DNA of 64,000 nt from contig JALHMH010000010.1 of NCBI GenBank assembly GCA_022844165.1, forward strand, positions 63,950-127,949, read 5' to 3'. The first letter of the stretch is position 1. Every line of letters starts with the position of its first letter. Below, piece after piece: positions 10,398-20,624 of the stretch. The notes under the pieces were generated by a model. That model made no database searches, had not been told where the DNA came from, and worked only from the letters and a program-made list of their open reading frames with translations. The DNA comes from Lysobacterales bacterium. GTDB taxonomy: Bacteria; Pseudomonadota; Gammaproteobacteria; Xanthomonadales; SZUA-5. The position numbers were made by a program, and so were the translations under genes.

Positions 10398-11554
10398 TGG
10401 CATTCGATACTCTGCGCGATTGGCTGGAAGTCGGAAGGCTCGAAAAGGCGCTTGCAGCTCTCGGGCGTCTCAGTCGCCCGCGCATTGCCTTTGTCAAACA
10501 GGACTGCAATGAGGATCTCTACTGCTGCGCGCCGGAATGCAACGTGGCAACGATGTTGCAAAGCACACTGTTGCGCTCCGGGCCGATCAGTTTGTTTGCC
10601 GAATTTGGCGCGAAATTCCTGATCGTGGCGACTGACGCCGCACCCGAGTGCTCGATCTGGCGTGAAAAAAGTGATGCCCTGAACTGGGCTCCAGCGGATT
10701 GGTTCTTGTCCTTCCAGAAGCACGTGCCCGGCCGGGACCACGGACAGTCGGCGTTCGCGCGCGCGGTGGACGATGTCGACTGGTCGCAATTCGACCTCGT
10801 CATCAGCGTGGACGTGGCGGTACCTGCGCGCGTCACAAAACGGTTCCCGCAAGTCGTTTGGGCGTACTACGTGCGCGAGCTGAAAGCGCCCAGTTACGCG
10901 CGTTCGATGGCTGCGCCGATCATTGGCCAGGATCTCTACCTGAGCCAGAACTTCACGCCGCGACGCTCGGCGCATGCGCCGCACGTGATCGACTTTCCTT
11001 ACCACTTCCAACGCTGCGGCGTGTTCCACAGAATCCACGCGCTGCCATGGACAGCCGAGCGCCGCGGTGTGTTCGTCGAGTACCACACGGCACGCGAAAT
11101 GCGCGACGAAGAGCTGCGTGCGCTGGAACACTTCGGCCCGGTGTTTGCGAGGCGCGTTTGTGACGACGTTCTCGACGGTTCTGAGCGAATTCCGCATCGA
11201 AGCATGGTCGACCCCGACTTTAAGGCGCTGTCTGCCGCGAAATACCATGTCAAATGGGGCGGCCGGAGCACCTTCGGAACCGCGAAAGTTGAGGCGATCG
11301 CAGCCGGCTGCGTCGCGTTGACTGATCCGGCGCTGGATGCAACGTCCTTCCTGCATCGCCGCCATTCCCTCGCGCGCGGATTCAGCGAATTGATCCAACG
11401 CCTCGACGCATTCGAATCCGCGCCCTCGATACTGGAACGCGAGCGCGAACGGCAACGTCGCCTTGTCGACTATCTTTGTTTTGCCCGACCGGCGATGGAT
11501 CTGATCGGCGCCTGGCAACGCATTCGTACGACCCGCCGGCCCACCATCCATTGA
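10397..11554 (+). CDS. Hypothetical protein, possibly a divergent GT-B glycosyltransferase
   Basis: TGATG-coupled ORF; C-terminal TFGTAKVEAIAAGC resembles the GT-B nucleotide-binding motif. Confidence 0.6.
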   Translation: MAFDTLRDWLEVGRLEKALAALGRLSRPRIAFVKQDCNEDLYCCAPECNVATMLQSTLLRSGPISLFAEFGAKFLIVATDAAPECSIWREKSDALNWAPADWFLSFQKHVPGRDHGQSAFARAVDDVDWSQFDLVISVDVAVPARVTKRFPQVVWAYYVRELKAPSYARSMAAPIIGQDLYLSQNFTPRRSAHAPHVIDFPYHFQRCGVFHRIHALPWTAERRGVFVEYHTAREMRDEELRALEHFGPVFARRVCDDVLDGSERIPHRSMVDPDFKALSAAKYHVKWGGRSTFGTAKVEAIAAGCVALTDPALDATSFLHRRHSLARGFSELIQRLDAFESAPSILERERERQRRLVDYLCFARPAMDLIGAWQRIRTTRRPTIH

Positions 11555-11567
11555 GGAGCGCCCACGC

Positions 11568-12308
11568 GTGAACCCAAAACACTTGCTGCCTGCGTCACTT
11601 CGCGAAGTGCTGCGGCCGTCCTATCAGCGCGCGGTGCGGACCTGGCGGGAGAGTCGCTGGTCGCCGACGCCGCGCGAATGGCTGGCCGGGCGCGCCAGCG
11701 CGTGGGCAAACACGTCGCCCGAAGCGCTGCTGGAGCAGGCCGGGACCGAGTTTGGCATCACCCAGGTGCCGTTCGAGATTTTGGGTCTGTTGGCGAAGCT
11801 GCGAGTGCTGCAGCCAAAGACCATCGTCGAGGTCGGAACACACAAGGGTGGCAATTCGTTCTTGTTCTGCCATGCACTCAGTAGCGCTGAACGGATCGTG
11901 GGCGTCGATCTGTGCGTGCAGAATGCAGCGAAGCTGATCCACTACGCACGGCCGCAGCAGCGCTATTTCGCTCTGCACGGCGATTCGCAAACTACTCAGA
12001 TGAAGGCGCGCGTCGAGCAGCGTTTGGCGGGCCGTGTTGTCGATTTTCTGTTTATCGATGGCGATCACAGTTACGCGGGCGTCAAGGCCGATTTCGAACT
12101 GTATGCGCCCCTGGTTCGCCGCGGTGGGATCATCGCGCTGCACGACATCGTTGCCGATCACCGCACGCGTTTTGGGCGCGACACTGGCTGCTACGCGGGT
12201 GAGGTGTATCAATACTGGGCGGAGTTGAAAGCACGTTATCGCAACGAGGAGTTGGTGCGCGACCCGGAGCAGGATGGTTTTGGCATCGGGGTCGTGTATG
12301 TCGACTAA
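11568..12308 (+). CDS. Class I SAM methyltransferase (Methyltransf_24-like)
   Basis: VEVGTHKGG, GDS, LFIDGDHSY, LHDI; RBS GAGGAG upstream. Confidence 0.9.
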   Translation: MNPKHLLPASLREVLRPSYQRAVRTWRESRWSPTPREWLAGRASAWANTSPEALLEQAGTEFGITQVPFEILGLLAKLRVLQPKTIVEVGTHKGGNSFLFCHALSSAERIVGVDLCVQNAAKLIHYARPQQRYFALHGDSQTTQMKARVEQRLAGRVVDFLFIDGDHSYAGVKADFELYAPLVRRGGIIALHDIVADHRTRFGRDTGCYAGEVYQYWAELKARYRNEELVRDPEQDGFGIGVVYVD

Positions 12309-13326
12309 GTTGGTGGCTGTTATCACGACGATCCAGGCGCCGACGCCTGCCGTTCGCCAGTTGGTCGAGCGATTGGTGCCGCTGGAAGCGCTGCTGATCG
12401 CCATCGGCGATCGCAAAGGGCCGGCGGCGTTCGCTCTGGACGGTACGGAGTTCTTCGATCTGGCGCGACAGCTGGCCTCGCCATTCGATCTCGCGCGGCG
12501 CGGGCCCGTCGGACACTACACGCGCAAGAACGTCGGCTACCTCGAAGCGATCGCTCGCGGCGCACAATGCATCTACGAGACCGACGACGATAACGCACCT
12601 CTGCCAGTCTGGTGCGCGCGCGACGCTGCGGTGCCGGCGTACGACGTCGAAGCGCGTGGCTGGGTCAACGCATACCGTTGTTTTACGAGCGAGCGCATCT
12701 GGCCCAGAGGCTTGCCATTGGGCGAGATCGTGCCGTCGATGGCAGGCCCCGTGACGCTGGCAGCGCAACCTGTGATATCGCGAGCAGCGATCCAGCAAGG
12801 CTTGGCCAACGGTTCACCCGATGTGGACGCGGTCTGGCGATTGACCATCGATGCGCCGATCGTCTTCGACGACGCGCCGAGCGTGCGCCTGCCGCCGGGC
12901 GCGTGGTGTCCGTTCAACAGCCAAAGCACCTGGTGGTGGCCGGAAGCATTTCCGCTGCTGTACCTGCCCAGTTTCTGCTCGTTTCGAATGACCGATATCT
13001 GGCGCAGTTTCGTTGCGCAGCGCTGTGTGTGGGCGCTGGGGCAGGGCGTTGTCTTCCACACTGCTGAAGTGGTCCAGGATCGCAACGAGCACGACCTGAT
13101 GCGGGATTTCAACGATGAGATTCCGGGTTACCAGGGCAACCAACGTATCCGGCAAGTGTTGGAGACCCTCGACCTGCCGGCTGGTGGGGAAAACGTCGGT
13201 GCCAATCTGCAGCACTGTTATCGCGCTCTGGTGGCTGCCGGCTTTTTCTCGAACGAGGAGTTGCAACTCGTTGATACCTGGCTTGCCGATCTCGATCGGG
13301 CGCATCGGCGGGAGGCATCCGTTTGA
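12298..13326 (+). CDS. STELLO/DUF288-family glycosyltransferase
   Basis: ITTI, GDRKGP, RKNVGYLEAI, YETDDDN, PDVDAV, PFNSQST, RMTDIWRS. Confidence 0.85.
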   Translation: MSTKLVAVITTIQAPTPAVRQLVERLVPLEALLIAIGDRKGPAAFALDGTEFFDLARQLASPFDLARRGPVGHYTRKNVGYLEAIARGAQCIYETDDDNAPLPVWCARDAAVPAYDVEARGWVNAYRCFTSERIWPRGLPLGEIVPSMAGPVTLAAQPVISRAAIQQGLANGSPDVDAVWRLTIDAPIVFDDAPSVRLPPGAWCPFNSQSTWWWPEAFPLLYLPSFCSFRMTDIWRSFVAQRCVWALGQGVVFHTAEVVQDRNEHDLMRDFNDEIPGYQGNQRIRQVLETLDLPAGGENVGANLQHCYRALVAAGFFSNEELQLVDTWLADLDRAHRREASV

Positions 13327-14237
13327 GTCAACGCCCGCTCGTTTCGATCATCGTCCCCAGCTACAACCAAGGGCGTTTCATCCGGCGCACGCTGGAGTCG
13401 ATTTTCAAGCAGGACTATCGGCCGATCGAGGTGTTGGTCATCGATGGCGCGTCGACTGACGAGACGGTGGCGATCCTTAAAGAGTATTCGCGCTACCCCG
13501 AACTGCATTGGGTGTCCGAGCCGGATCGTGGCGTTGTCGATGCCGTGAATAAAGGCCTCGCGCGAGCGACCGGTCAGATCGGCGCAATTCAAAGCTCTGA
13601 CGACTTCTATCTGCCGGGCGCGATAATGGCAGCCGTCGCGGCGCTCTTAGCCGATCCACGATTAGCGTTTGTGTTCGGCGACATCAAAACCATCGATGCG
13701 GACGGCAAGGAACTTCACCGCACCCATCTCGGGCCGTTTTCGCCACTGGCTGTATTTGCTTTGGATGTGTGGATTCCGCAACCGTCAACGTTTTTCAGAT
13801 TGGATATTGCCAAAGAAATGGGCGGCTGGCGCGAAAGCGTCCCATATGCTGCAGACACTGATCTGTGGCTGCGTATGGCGCTCAAACACCCGGCGCAGAA
13901 GATCGATGTTCTGATGGCCGAACGCTCCATTCACGAAGCTCAACGCGACAAACAAGGGAAGCGCATCGCTTACGACTATGGCCAGTGCATTGACACCTTG
14001 CCTGGTTTGTCGGACGCCCCGGCGGGCGTTCGTCGTGCAGCGCAGGCGAGCAAATATTTGGTCCAACTGCGTTACGACCCGAACGTGGGCGAATGGACAC
14101 GTGTCGGTCGTTACTGGCGGGCTGCCTTCGCGTGGCCACGTTTATTTTGGCGGCACTCGCCCTACCAGTATTTTCCTTATGGGCCTTACTGTCGCGCGCT
14201 GCCCGGCCGCATGGCGCGGGCATTAGGTTTGCGCTGA
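13323..14237 (+). CDS. GT2 glycosyltransferase
   Basis: IIVPSYNQ, IDGASTD, SEPDRG, SSDD; TTG start overlapping the upstream stop. Confidence 0.9.
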   Translation: MSQRPLVSIIVPSYNQGRFIRRTLESIFKQDYRPIEVLVIDGASTDETVAILKEYSRYPELHWVSEPDRGVVDAVNKGLARATGQIGAIQSSDDFYLPGAIMAAVAALLADPRLAFVFGDIKTIDADGKELHRTHLGPFSPLAVFALDVWIPQPSTFFRLDIAKEMGGWRESVPYAADTDLWLRMALKHPAQKIDVLMAERSIHEAQRDKQGKRIAYDYGQCIDTLPGLSDAPAGVRRAAQASKYLVQLRYDPNVGEWTRVGRYWRAAFAWPRLFWRHSPYQYFPYGPYCRALPGRMARALGLR

Positions 14238-16075
14238 TGTGTGCCATCTTCGGAAGCGTCGGCCGCCGCGATCACTGCGGTTTGCGTGAGGCGGCGTTGA
14301 CACTTCGCCATCGTGGGCCAGACGGCTTTGGCGAATACGCGTCCCCCGACCTGCTCGCCTACCTTGCGCATTGCCGCTTGTCGATCATCGACCTGAGCGA
14401 GGCTGGGCACCAGCCAATGAGCAACGAAGACGGTACGATCCTTCTGAGCTACAACGGCGAGATCTACAACTTCCAGGAACTGCGCTCGCAATTGCTTGCA
14501 GCAGGTCATCGCTTTCGCTCACACACCGATTCGGAGGTCGTCGTTCACGGCTACGAGCAGTGGGGCGAAGATGTCGTCAAACGACTGCGCGGAATATTCG
14601 CATTTGCGATCTGGGATGGTCCGCGCCGCCGTCTGTTCCTGGCGCGCGACCACCTCGGCGTGAAGCCGTTGTACTACCGATTGCGCGGTGTCGAGCTGAC
14701 CTTCGCATCCGAGCCCAAGGCAATCCTGCATTCGATGCCGGAGGCGCCGGCGCTCAACGTGAGTTCGTGCCTTCAATACCTGAGGTTGGGTTACACGCAC
14801 GGCGTACGCACGGTGTACGACGGCATCTCACGGTTGCCACCGGGAAGCACCCTCAGTTTTGATGCTGCAACCGGCGTGGTCGAGCGACACATCTATTGGC
14901 GTCCGAGCGCGGAACCGTCTGCAATATCGGAAACTGACGCCGCCGAGGCGCTCCGGGCATTGCTCAGTCAATCGGTGCGCGAACAAATGGTCAGCGACGT
15001 CAAGCTCGGTGTGTTCCTGAGCGGCGGTATCGACTCATCGTTAGTGGCGGCGTTCGCCGCAGATGCGCGGCCCGACATCGACAGCTACTTTGTCGACGTG
15101 CTCGGCTGGGATGGCAGCGAGCGTGGCGATGCCGCGGCCGCTGCTCAGCATTTGCATACGCGGCACCACGTGCGCGAGATCGATGGTGGCGATCTTCGCC
15201 TGTCCAATCGCGAAAGGGCGGCGCGCATTTTCGATACCTTCGATGAGCCGATGTCCGACGCGGCCATCATCCCAAACTGGCACCTCGCAGCGTTGATGCG
15301 CCGCGATGTTGGCGTGGCGCTTTCGGGCGATGGTGGCGATGAGTTGTTTGGCGGATATGCCTGGTATCGTCAAGCGCGTGCAACGCCGCGGCGTCGCCTC
15401 GCGTGGCGCATCGAAACCGTGCGCCGGCGCTTGGGGTTCGGGCGCGAATGGCCTGCAGGCTGCGCCAACCAGCACGAGTACTACCATCTGCTGCAATGCC
15501 CGTCGTTTACGCGCAGCGAGCTTGCCCAGCTTTTTCCGACGTGGCACGCAGACGTCGCGCTGCTTGGAAGCGGGATCGATCCTGCGACGAGCGATGCAAC
15601 TGAACACGATCAGCGCTATTGGCAAGACCTGGATTTCAGGACGTTTCTCGTCGACAACAATCTGGCGCGAATGGATCGCGCTTCGATGGCACACGGTTTG
15701 GAGGTGCGCGTTCCGTTGCTCGATCATCGCATTGCAGAACTGTCGCTGGCGCTGCCCGCAACGCTGATCGATGCCGAACGCTCCGGGGGCAAACCACTGC
15801 TGCGGCGACTTGCCGCCGATCGGCTGCCGCGAACGCTGGTCGAGAAGCGCAAGCAGGGATTCTCATTTCCAATCAGTCGTTTGATCTCGATGCAGGAGAT
15901 GGTTCAGTCGATTGGCGCTGGCGTTCTGCTGCGCGCTGGCGTACTCGATCGCGCCGGCTGGCAGAACTGGCTGTCCGGAGCAGCAGGTAGCCATCGACAA
16001 CTGCAGCTCTGGCAGTTGTTCGTGTTCGATATCTGGGCGACGCGTTGGATGCCCGGCGTGGCGCGCACCGGATGA
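14237..16075 (+). CDS. asnB: Second AsnB-family amidotransferase
   Basis: MCAIFG, HRGPD, YNGEIYN, LSGGIDS, SGDGGDE, EVRVPLLD. Confidence 0.93.
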   Translation: MCAIFGSVGRRDHCGLREAALTLRHRGPDGFGEYASPDLLAYLAHCRLSIIDLSEAGHQPMSNEDGTILLSYNGEIYNFQELRSQLLAAGHRFRSHTDSEVVVHGYEQWGEDVVKRLRGIFAFAIWDGPRRRLFLARDHLGVKPLYYRLRGVELTFASEPKAILHSMPEAPALNVSSCLQYLRLGYTHGVRTVYDGISRLPPGSTLSFDAATGVVERHIYWRPSAEPSAISETDAAEALRALLSQSVREQMVSDVKLGVFLSGGIDSSLVAAFAADARPDIDSYFVDVLGWDGSERGDAAAAAQHLHTRHHVREIDGGDLRLSNRERAARIFDTFDEPMSDAAIIPNWHLAALMRRDVGVALSGDGGDELFGGYAWYRQARATPRRRLAWRIETVRRRLGFGREWPAGCANQHEYYHLLQCPSFTRSELAQLFPTWHADVALLGSGIDPATSDATEHDQRYWQDLDFRTFLVDNNLARMDRASMAHGLEVRVPLLDHRIAELSLALPATLIDAERSGGKPLLRRLAADRLPRTLVEKRKQGFSFPISRLISMQEMVQSIGAGVLLRAGVLDRAGWQNWLSGAAGSHRQLQLWQLFVFDIWATRWMPGVARTG

Positions 16076-17154
16076 GCGCCAGTCGCTGGCTGCGCGACTT
16101 GCCGGGCGTCGTGCTTCGCGACATGCCACGCTATCGGACCGCTCTGGCGCATTCCGGGAAGGGATTTGATAGCGATCACCGAGGATGGATCAGCTTGAGC
16201 AATCGGGCCGAGTTGCTGCGGCGCGCGTCCTCGGGTCCAGGTTACGAATGCGATTGGGCCTGGGGGAGCGAGCTGCGCGCTGCCGCCGTGATCCCGCCAT
16301 TGGCGCGGCGTCTGTTCGCAGCCGCGTTTGAAGAATGGCCAATCGCTTTTGCCGATACACCGCAGGCCTCGGGTGAACCACAGTTGTCGTTCGTGTTCGC
16401 ACACAACGGATCCGATCGGCTTGCGCAGCTTCGGCAGACGATTCGTGCGGTATTTGCACAGGACATTCCCTGCGAAGTCATCGTCGTCGATCAAAGCGAA
16501 ACGCCGCTGGTCGCAGAAATGCCCGCTGGCGTCCGTTATCGCCATCTCGCCAAAGATGGCGTCGCACCAGGATGGTACAAATCCTGGGCCTACAATGTTG
16601 GCGCGCGGCTCGCAATTGCGCCGATCCTGGTGTTCCACGATGGCGATACCTTGCCGCCGAAGCGTTATGCCGAGTGCGTTGTCGATGCGATTCGGAACCG
16701 CGGCTACCTGGCGGCCTCGCTGCAACGCTTTATGTTCTACCTCAACCCGGCTGACTCGCGGACAGTTCAATCGAGCGACAAATTCGCGGATATGAGACCG
16801 ACATCGATATTCCAGAACTGGAAGGGCGGGACGATTGCTGTCGAACGAAGTGCATTCTTCGCTGCCGGCGGATACGATGAATCGTTCGTCGATTGGGGCG
16901 GCGAGGACGACGAGTTTTTCGATCGTTTGGCAGACATGGGCCACTGCCGTTCGGGGTTCATTCCCTTCGTGCACCTATGGCATGCGCCGCAGGCGACCTC
17001 GCGCCTTCGAGGCAGCGGCAACATCCGGCGCCTGCAAGAGCTCTTGGCGCTTGACCGGCCATCGCGCCGTGCGCAACTCGTACGACGGGATTGCGGCCGA
17101 ATCGATGGGCCCTCATCGATTCGTTCGCAGCCCAATCAGGGACTCGAATCGTGA
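16072..17154 (+). CDS. GT-A glycosyltransferase with GT7-like C-terminal motif
   Basis: VVDQ, KSWAYNVG, FHDGD, GGYDESFVDWGGEDDEF. Confidence 0.85.
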   Translation: MSASRWLRDLPGVVLRDMPRYRTALAHSGKGFDSDHRGWISLSNRAELLRRASSGPGYECDWAWGSELRAAAVIPPLARRLFAAAFEEWPIAFADTPQASGEPQLSFVFAHNGSDRLAQLRQTIRAVFAQDIPCEVIVVDQSETPLVAEMPAGVRYRHLAKDGVAPGWYKSWAYNVGARLAIAPILVFHDGDTLPPKRYAECVVDAIRNRGYLAASLQRFMFYLNPADSRTVQSSDKFADMRPTSIFQNWKGGTIAVERSAFFAAGGYDESFVDWGGEDDEFFDRLADMGHCRSGFIPFVHLWHAPQATSRLRGSGNIRRLQELLALDRPSRRAQLVRRDCGRIDGPSSIRSQPNQGLES

Positions 17155-17891
17155 TCGCGCAGCTCAAGGCCTTGTTGCCCAACAGTGCGAAAGCGACCCT
17201 GCGCCGATGGCAGCGCATCGTGAGGAACTACGGTTCGGCGCGAAGCTGCAACGTGTGCGGGCATGCCCTGGGAATGTTCACAACGCACGGCGTGCCGCCG
17301 GAGCCGGATTTTCTGTGTCCCGTGTGCTATTCGAAACCGCCCCACCGACTTGCTCAGCACTGGTTCGCCAGCCATTGGCACCTGTTTCGACCGGGCGTGA
17401 TTGTGCATATTGCGCCGGAACCGGAATTGAGTCGTCGTCTGGAACGTACAGCATTGCGTGCTTCGATGCTCTATCGCAAGGGCAGTATCCAAGGGAGCGG
17501 AGAGCAGTATCTGAACTTGCTGAGCTTGCCCTTCGACGATGCCAGCGTCGATCTCCTCTACTGCTGCCACGTCCTCAACAGCATGCAGGATGATCGAGGC
17601 GCAATGCGCGAGGTTCGCCGTGTACTGAAGCCTACGGGAACGGCTCTGCTGCAAGTGCCCGCGTTCTATCAAGGCGCAACCACGCTAGAGACGAATAGCG
17701 ACGCCGAGCGCTCGGCTGTTTTCAACGATGTGGGCATTGCGCGTTGCTACACCGAGGCCGATTACGGCAGGCGGCTGGTTGAGGCCGGTTTCGATTTCGT
17801 CGTGTATAGAGCTACCGACTTGCCGCACAAGCTGGTTGAGGCGCATGCGCTGCATCGCGAGATTCTTCATGTTTGCCGTCGCGCGCCATGA
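17151..17891 (+). CDS. Class I SAM methyltransferase (Methyltransf_11-like)
   Basis: CNVC/CPVC, HIAPE, LPFDDASVD, RVLKPTG. Confidence 0.85.
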   Translation: MIAQLKALLPNSAKATLRRWQRIVRNYGSARSCNVCGHALGMFTTHGVPPEPDFLCPVCYSKPPHRLAQHWFASHWHLFRPGVIVHIAPEPELSRRLERTALRASMLYRKGSIQGSGEQYLNLLSLPFDDASVDLLYCCHVLNSMQDDRGAMREVRRVLKPTGTALLQVPAFYQGATTLETNSDAERSAVFNDVGIARCYTEADYGRRLVEAGFDFVVYRATDLPHKLVEAHALHREILHVCRRAP

Positions 17892-18673
17892 CCTGCATTG
17901 TCAGCCTGACGTTCGACGACGGTCTCGATGTTCACCTGGACGTTGTCATGCCGATGCTCGAAGAGCACGGTTTCCTCGGGACATTTTACGTGAGCATCGG
18001 TTCGGAATCCTTCAACCAACGTTGGAGCGATTGGACTGCGGCGGCGAGGCGCGGACACGAACTGGGCAATCACACCATTTTTCATCCTGGCGTTTCGTCG
18101 AAGTCCTGGGTGACTTCCGGCATTGCGCTCGAAAATTACGACCTGGATCGCATGCGGGTCGAATTGCGCACTGCCAATCGTATTTTGCACAACATCGACG
18201 GTCGCGAGCACCGGAGTTTTGCATTTCCGTGCAGCAATCCTTGGCTTGGGCGGCGCGGACCGATCTGGCGCATCGCCGGTCGTTTGCCGCAGGGGCCGCG
18301 CTGGCAGAATTGGGTCAGCCGTCTTGGCATTGATGTCGCGAGCGGCCTGGTGGACTACACGACGATCGTTCGCGATGAGTTTCCGGCGGCGCGTTGTGGC
18401 GGCATTGACGCTGCAGTATTGCCAGCGCGACCTGCTGATTGGCATCGGATTCCTGCGCTTGAAGGCGACGGACGCAGCGCAGACGATGTGATGTCGGATT
18501 TGGAAATTGCGGCGGCTCGCAACGCGTTCGCGCCACTGGTGTTCCACGGAATTGGCGGAGGCCATCGGCTATCGATGGCACGCGACGATTTCGGCAGATT
18601 GTTGGCGTTCCTGGCCAACGATCCGCGCTTCACGGTTTTGCCGCTGGTGACGGCGGCTGAGAGGGCGCGATGA
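17888..18673 (+). CDS. Polysaccharide deacetylase (NodB/CE4)
   Basis: SLTFDDG, HELGNHTIFH, FAFP, LVFHG. Confidence 0.9.
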   Translation: MTCIVSLTFDDGLDVHLDVVMPMLEEHGFLGTFYVSIGSESFNQRWSDWTAAARRGHELGNHTIFHPGVSSKSWVTSGIALENYDLDRMRVELRTANRILHNIDGREHRSFAFPCSNPWLGRRGPIWRIAGRLPQGPRWQNWVSRLGIDVASGLVDYTTIVRDEFPAARCGGIDAAVLPARPADWHRIPALEGDGRSADDVMSDLEIAAARNAFAPLVFHGIGGGHRLSMARDDFGRLLAFLANDPRFTVLPLVTAAERAR

Positions 18674-19668
18674 TCGAGCCAGGCCTGGTCAGTGTGATTA
18701 TTCCGGTCCGAAACCGTGCGCCGATGCTGCAAGAAGCCGTCGCCAGCGTACTGGCGCAGACTTACCGCCGTTTCGAGATCCTCATTTGCGACGACGGATC
18801 CGATGACGACACGCCACAACTCGGTCGGGCATTGGCTGACCAGTACCCGGGTCTGGTTCACTATCGTTGGGCGGAAAACTGTGGCGCCGGCCCAGCCCGC
18901 GAGCGCGGTCGTCAGGAAGCGCGCGGCGAATATGTGCAGTATCTCGACAGCGATGACAGTTTGTGGCCACGCAAGTTCGAAGTGCAGATCGCCGCGCTCG
19001 CGAAAAACACCAGCGCGCACATTGCCTACGGCTGGATCCGGCTTTGTCGAGAGGGTGAGGTCCCAGCTTCGACGCCCCACAAGTGGTCCGGTCGCGAGGC
19101 GACCGCGCTGTTCCCGGGGCTGTTGATCGATCGCTGGTGGAACACCAACGCGCCGTTGTGGCGACGAAGCTTGACCGACGCGATCGGTCCATGGAGCAAT
19201 CTCCGTTACTCGCAAGATTGGGAATACGACGCTCGCGCTGGGGCGCTGAACGCAAGACTCGCCTACTGCGCGGAGTTCGTCACCGATCAACGGCATCATG
19301 CTGCGGATCGGCAGACGGGCACCGGCCGCTGGCTTGCGCCCGCAGACAGGGTGCGTTTTTTCGATCGCTTGCATCGTTGTGCAGTGGCTGCCGGCGTTTC
19401 CCGTGAAGACCCGGCGATGCGGCATTTTTCGCGGTGGGTGTTTCGCCACGCCAGAGAATGCGCACAACTGGCCGATCAACAGGCCGCAACCGAGTTATTG
19501 GCCATTGCCGAACGGGCCGGTGCGTGTCGCGACGTGCGCATCTTTCGTTGGCTCGCAGGGGCACTGGGTTGGTCTCGCGTCGCGCATTGGAGCGAATTCG
19601 CTCGCAGACTGCGGGGACGCGCCGCGGGTCGCGATACGCAACGACAGTCGTGGATGTCGCCGCCATGA
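18670..19668 (+). CDS. GT2 glycosyltransferase
   Basis: VIIPVRN, DDGSDD, YLDSDD, QDWE. Confidence 0.9.
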   Translation: MIEPGLVSVIIPVRNRAPMLQEAVASVLAQTYRRFEILICDDGSDDDTPQLGRALADQYPGLVHYRWAENCGAGPARERGRQEARGEYVQYLDSDDSLWPRKFEVQIAALAKNTSAHIAYGWIRLCREGEVPASTPHKWSGREATALFPGLLIDRWWNTNAPLWRRSLTDAIGPWSNLRYSQDWEYDARAGALNARLAYCAEFVTDQRHHAADRQTGTGRWLAPADRVRFFDRLHRCAVAAGVSREDPAMRHFSRWVFRHARECAQLADQQAATELLAIAERAGACRDVRIFRWLAGALGWSRVAHWSEFARRLRGRAAGRDTQRQSWMSPP

Positions 19669-20624
19669 CCGGCCCCAAGATTTCGGTCGTCATGAGCGCG
19701 TACAACGATGCCCGGCACGTGAACCTGGCGCTCGACAGCCTGCTCGTGAGCCAGGATGCTGAGATCGAGTGTATCGTCGTCGACGACGGATCGACAGATG
19801 AGACGCCAAATTTACTGCAACGGCGCGCAGCCACCGATTCGCGCCTGCGCATCGTGCGTCAGTCCAATGCCGGTTTGACGCAGGCGCTGATTGCGGGATG
19901 TGCACTGGCGCGTGGCGACTACATCGCTCGTCAGGATGCCGATGATCTGTCGTTGCCGGGCCGCTTGCAGTTGCAGGCGAGCATGCTCGATGCTAATCGC
20001 GACCTCAGCTTCGTTTCGAGTTGGGCCGAAGTCATAGGCCCCAACGACGAACCCCTTCTGCTGCACAAGCGACCAGCCGGTGCAACCGCGGCGACGCAGC
20101 TTCTGGTCCACGGACGTTGCGGCCCGCCGGGGCATGGCAGCGTGATGATGCGGCGCAGCGCTTACGAGCGTGTGGGCGGATACCGCGCGAAGTTTTACTA
20201 TGCGCAGGACTCGGACCTCTGGCTGCGCCTGGCGGAGGTGGGCCAACTCGACTACGTGCAAAAGGCGTTGTATCGCTATCGGATCGCAACCGAGTCCATC
20301 AGCGGGCGATTGCATCAATACAAACTGCCGTATGCGCGCCTGATCGACGAGATCCATGCCGCGCGCCTGCGCGGAGACGACGCCGAGTCCGTCTACGAAC
20401 GCGCGGAACTGCCGCCGCGATCGATCCAACCAGCATCGACGAGCGCTGCGACAACCTCGTACTTCATTGGACGTTGCCTGCTGTCGCGTCGCGATCCGCG
20501 CGCGCGGCAGTATCTGCGCAACGCATTGCGCGCCGAGCCGTGGAAACCGCGGCATTGGATTTCGGTCGCGCTCGCCGAGTTCGGCGCGCCATTCTTCTCG
20601 CCATACGGGAAGCCGCTCGCCTGA
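19665..20624 (+). CDS. GT2 glycosyltransferase
   Basis: VVMSAYN, VDDGSTD, RQDADD, AQDSDLW. Confidence 0.9.
   Translation: MTGPKISVVMSAYNDARHVNLALDSLLVSQDAEIECIVVDDGSTDETPNLLQRRAATDSRLRIVRQSNAGLTQALIAGCALARGDYIARQDADDLSLPGRLQLQASMLDANRDLSFVSSWAEVIGPNDEPLLLHKRPAGATAATQLLVHGRCGPPGHGSVMMRRSAYERVGGYRAKFYYAQDSDLWLRLAEVGQLDYVQKALYRYRIATESISGRLHQYKLPYARLIDEIHAARLRGDDAESVYERAELPPRSIQPASTSAATTSYFIGRCLLSRRDPRARQYLRNALRAEPWKPRHWISVALAEFGAPFFSPYGKPLA

Noticed and set aside
5465-16075. AsnB genes as lasso cyclases or FkbM genes as polyketide tailoring
   Set aside because: Intact glutaminase domains, no precursor peptide or PKS genes; the context is polysaccharide
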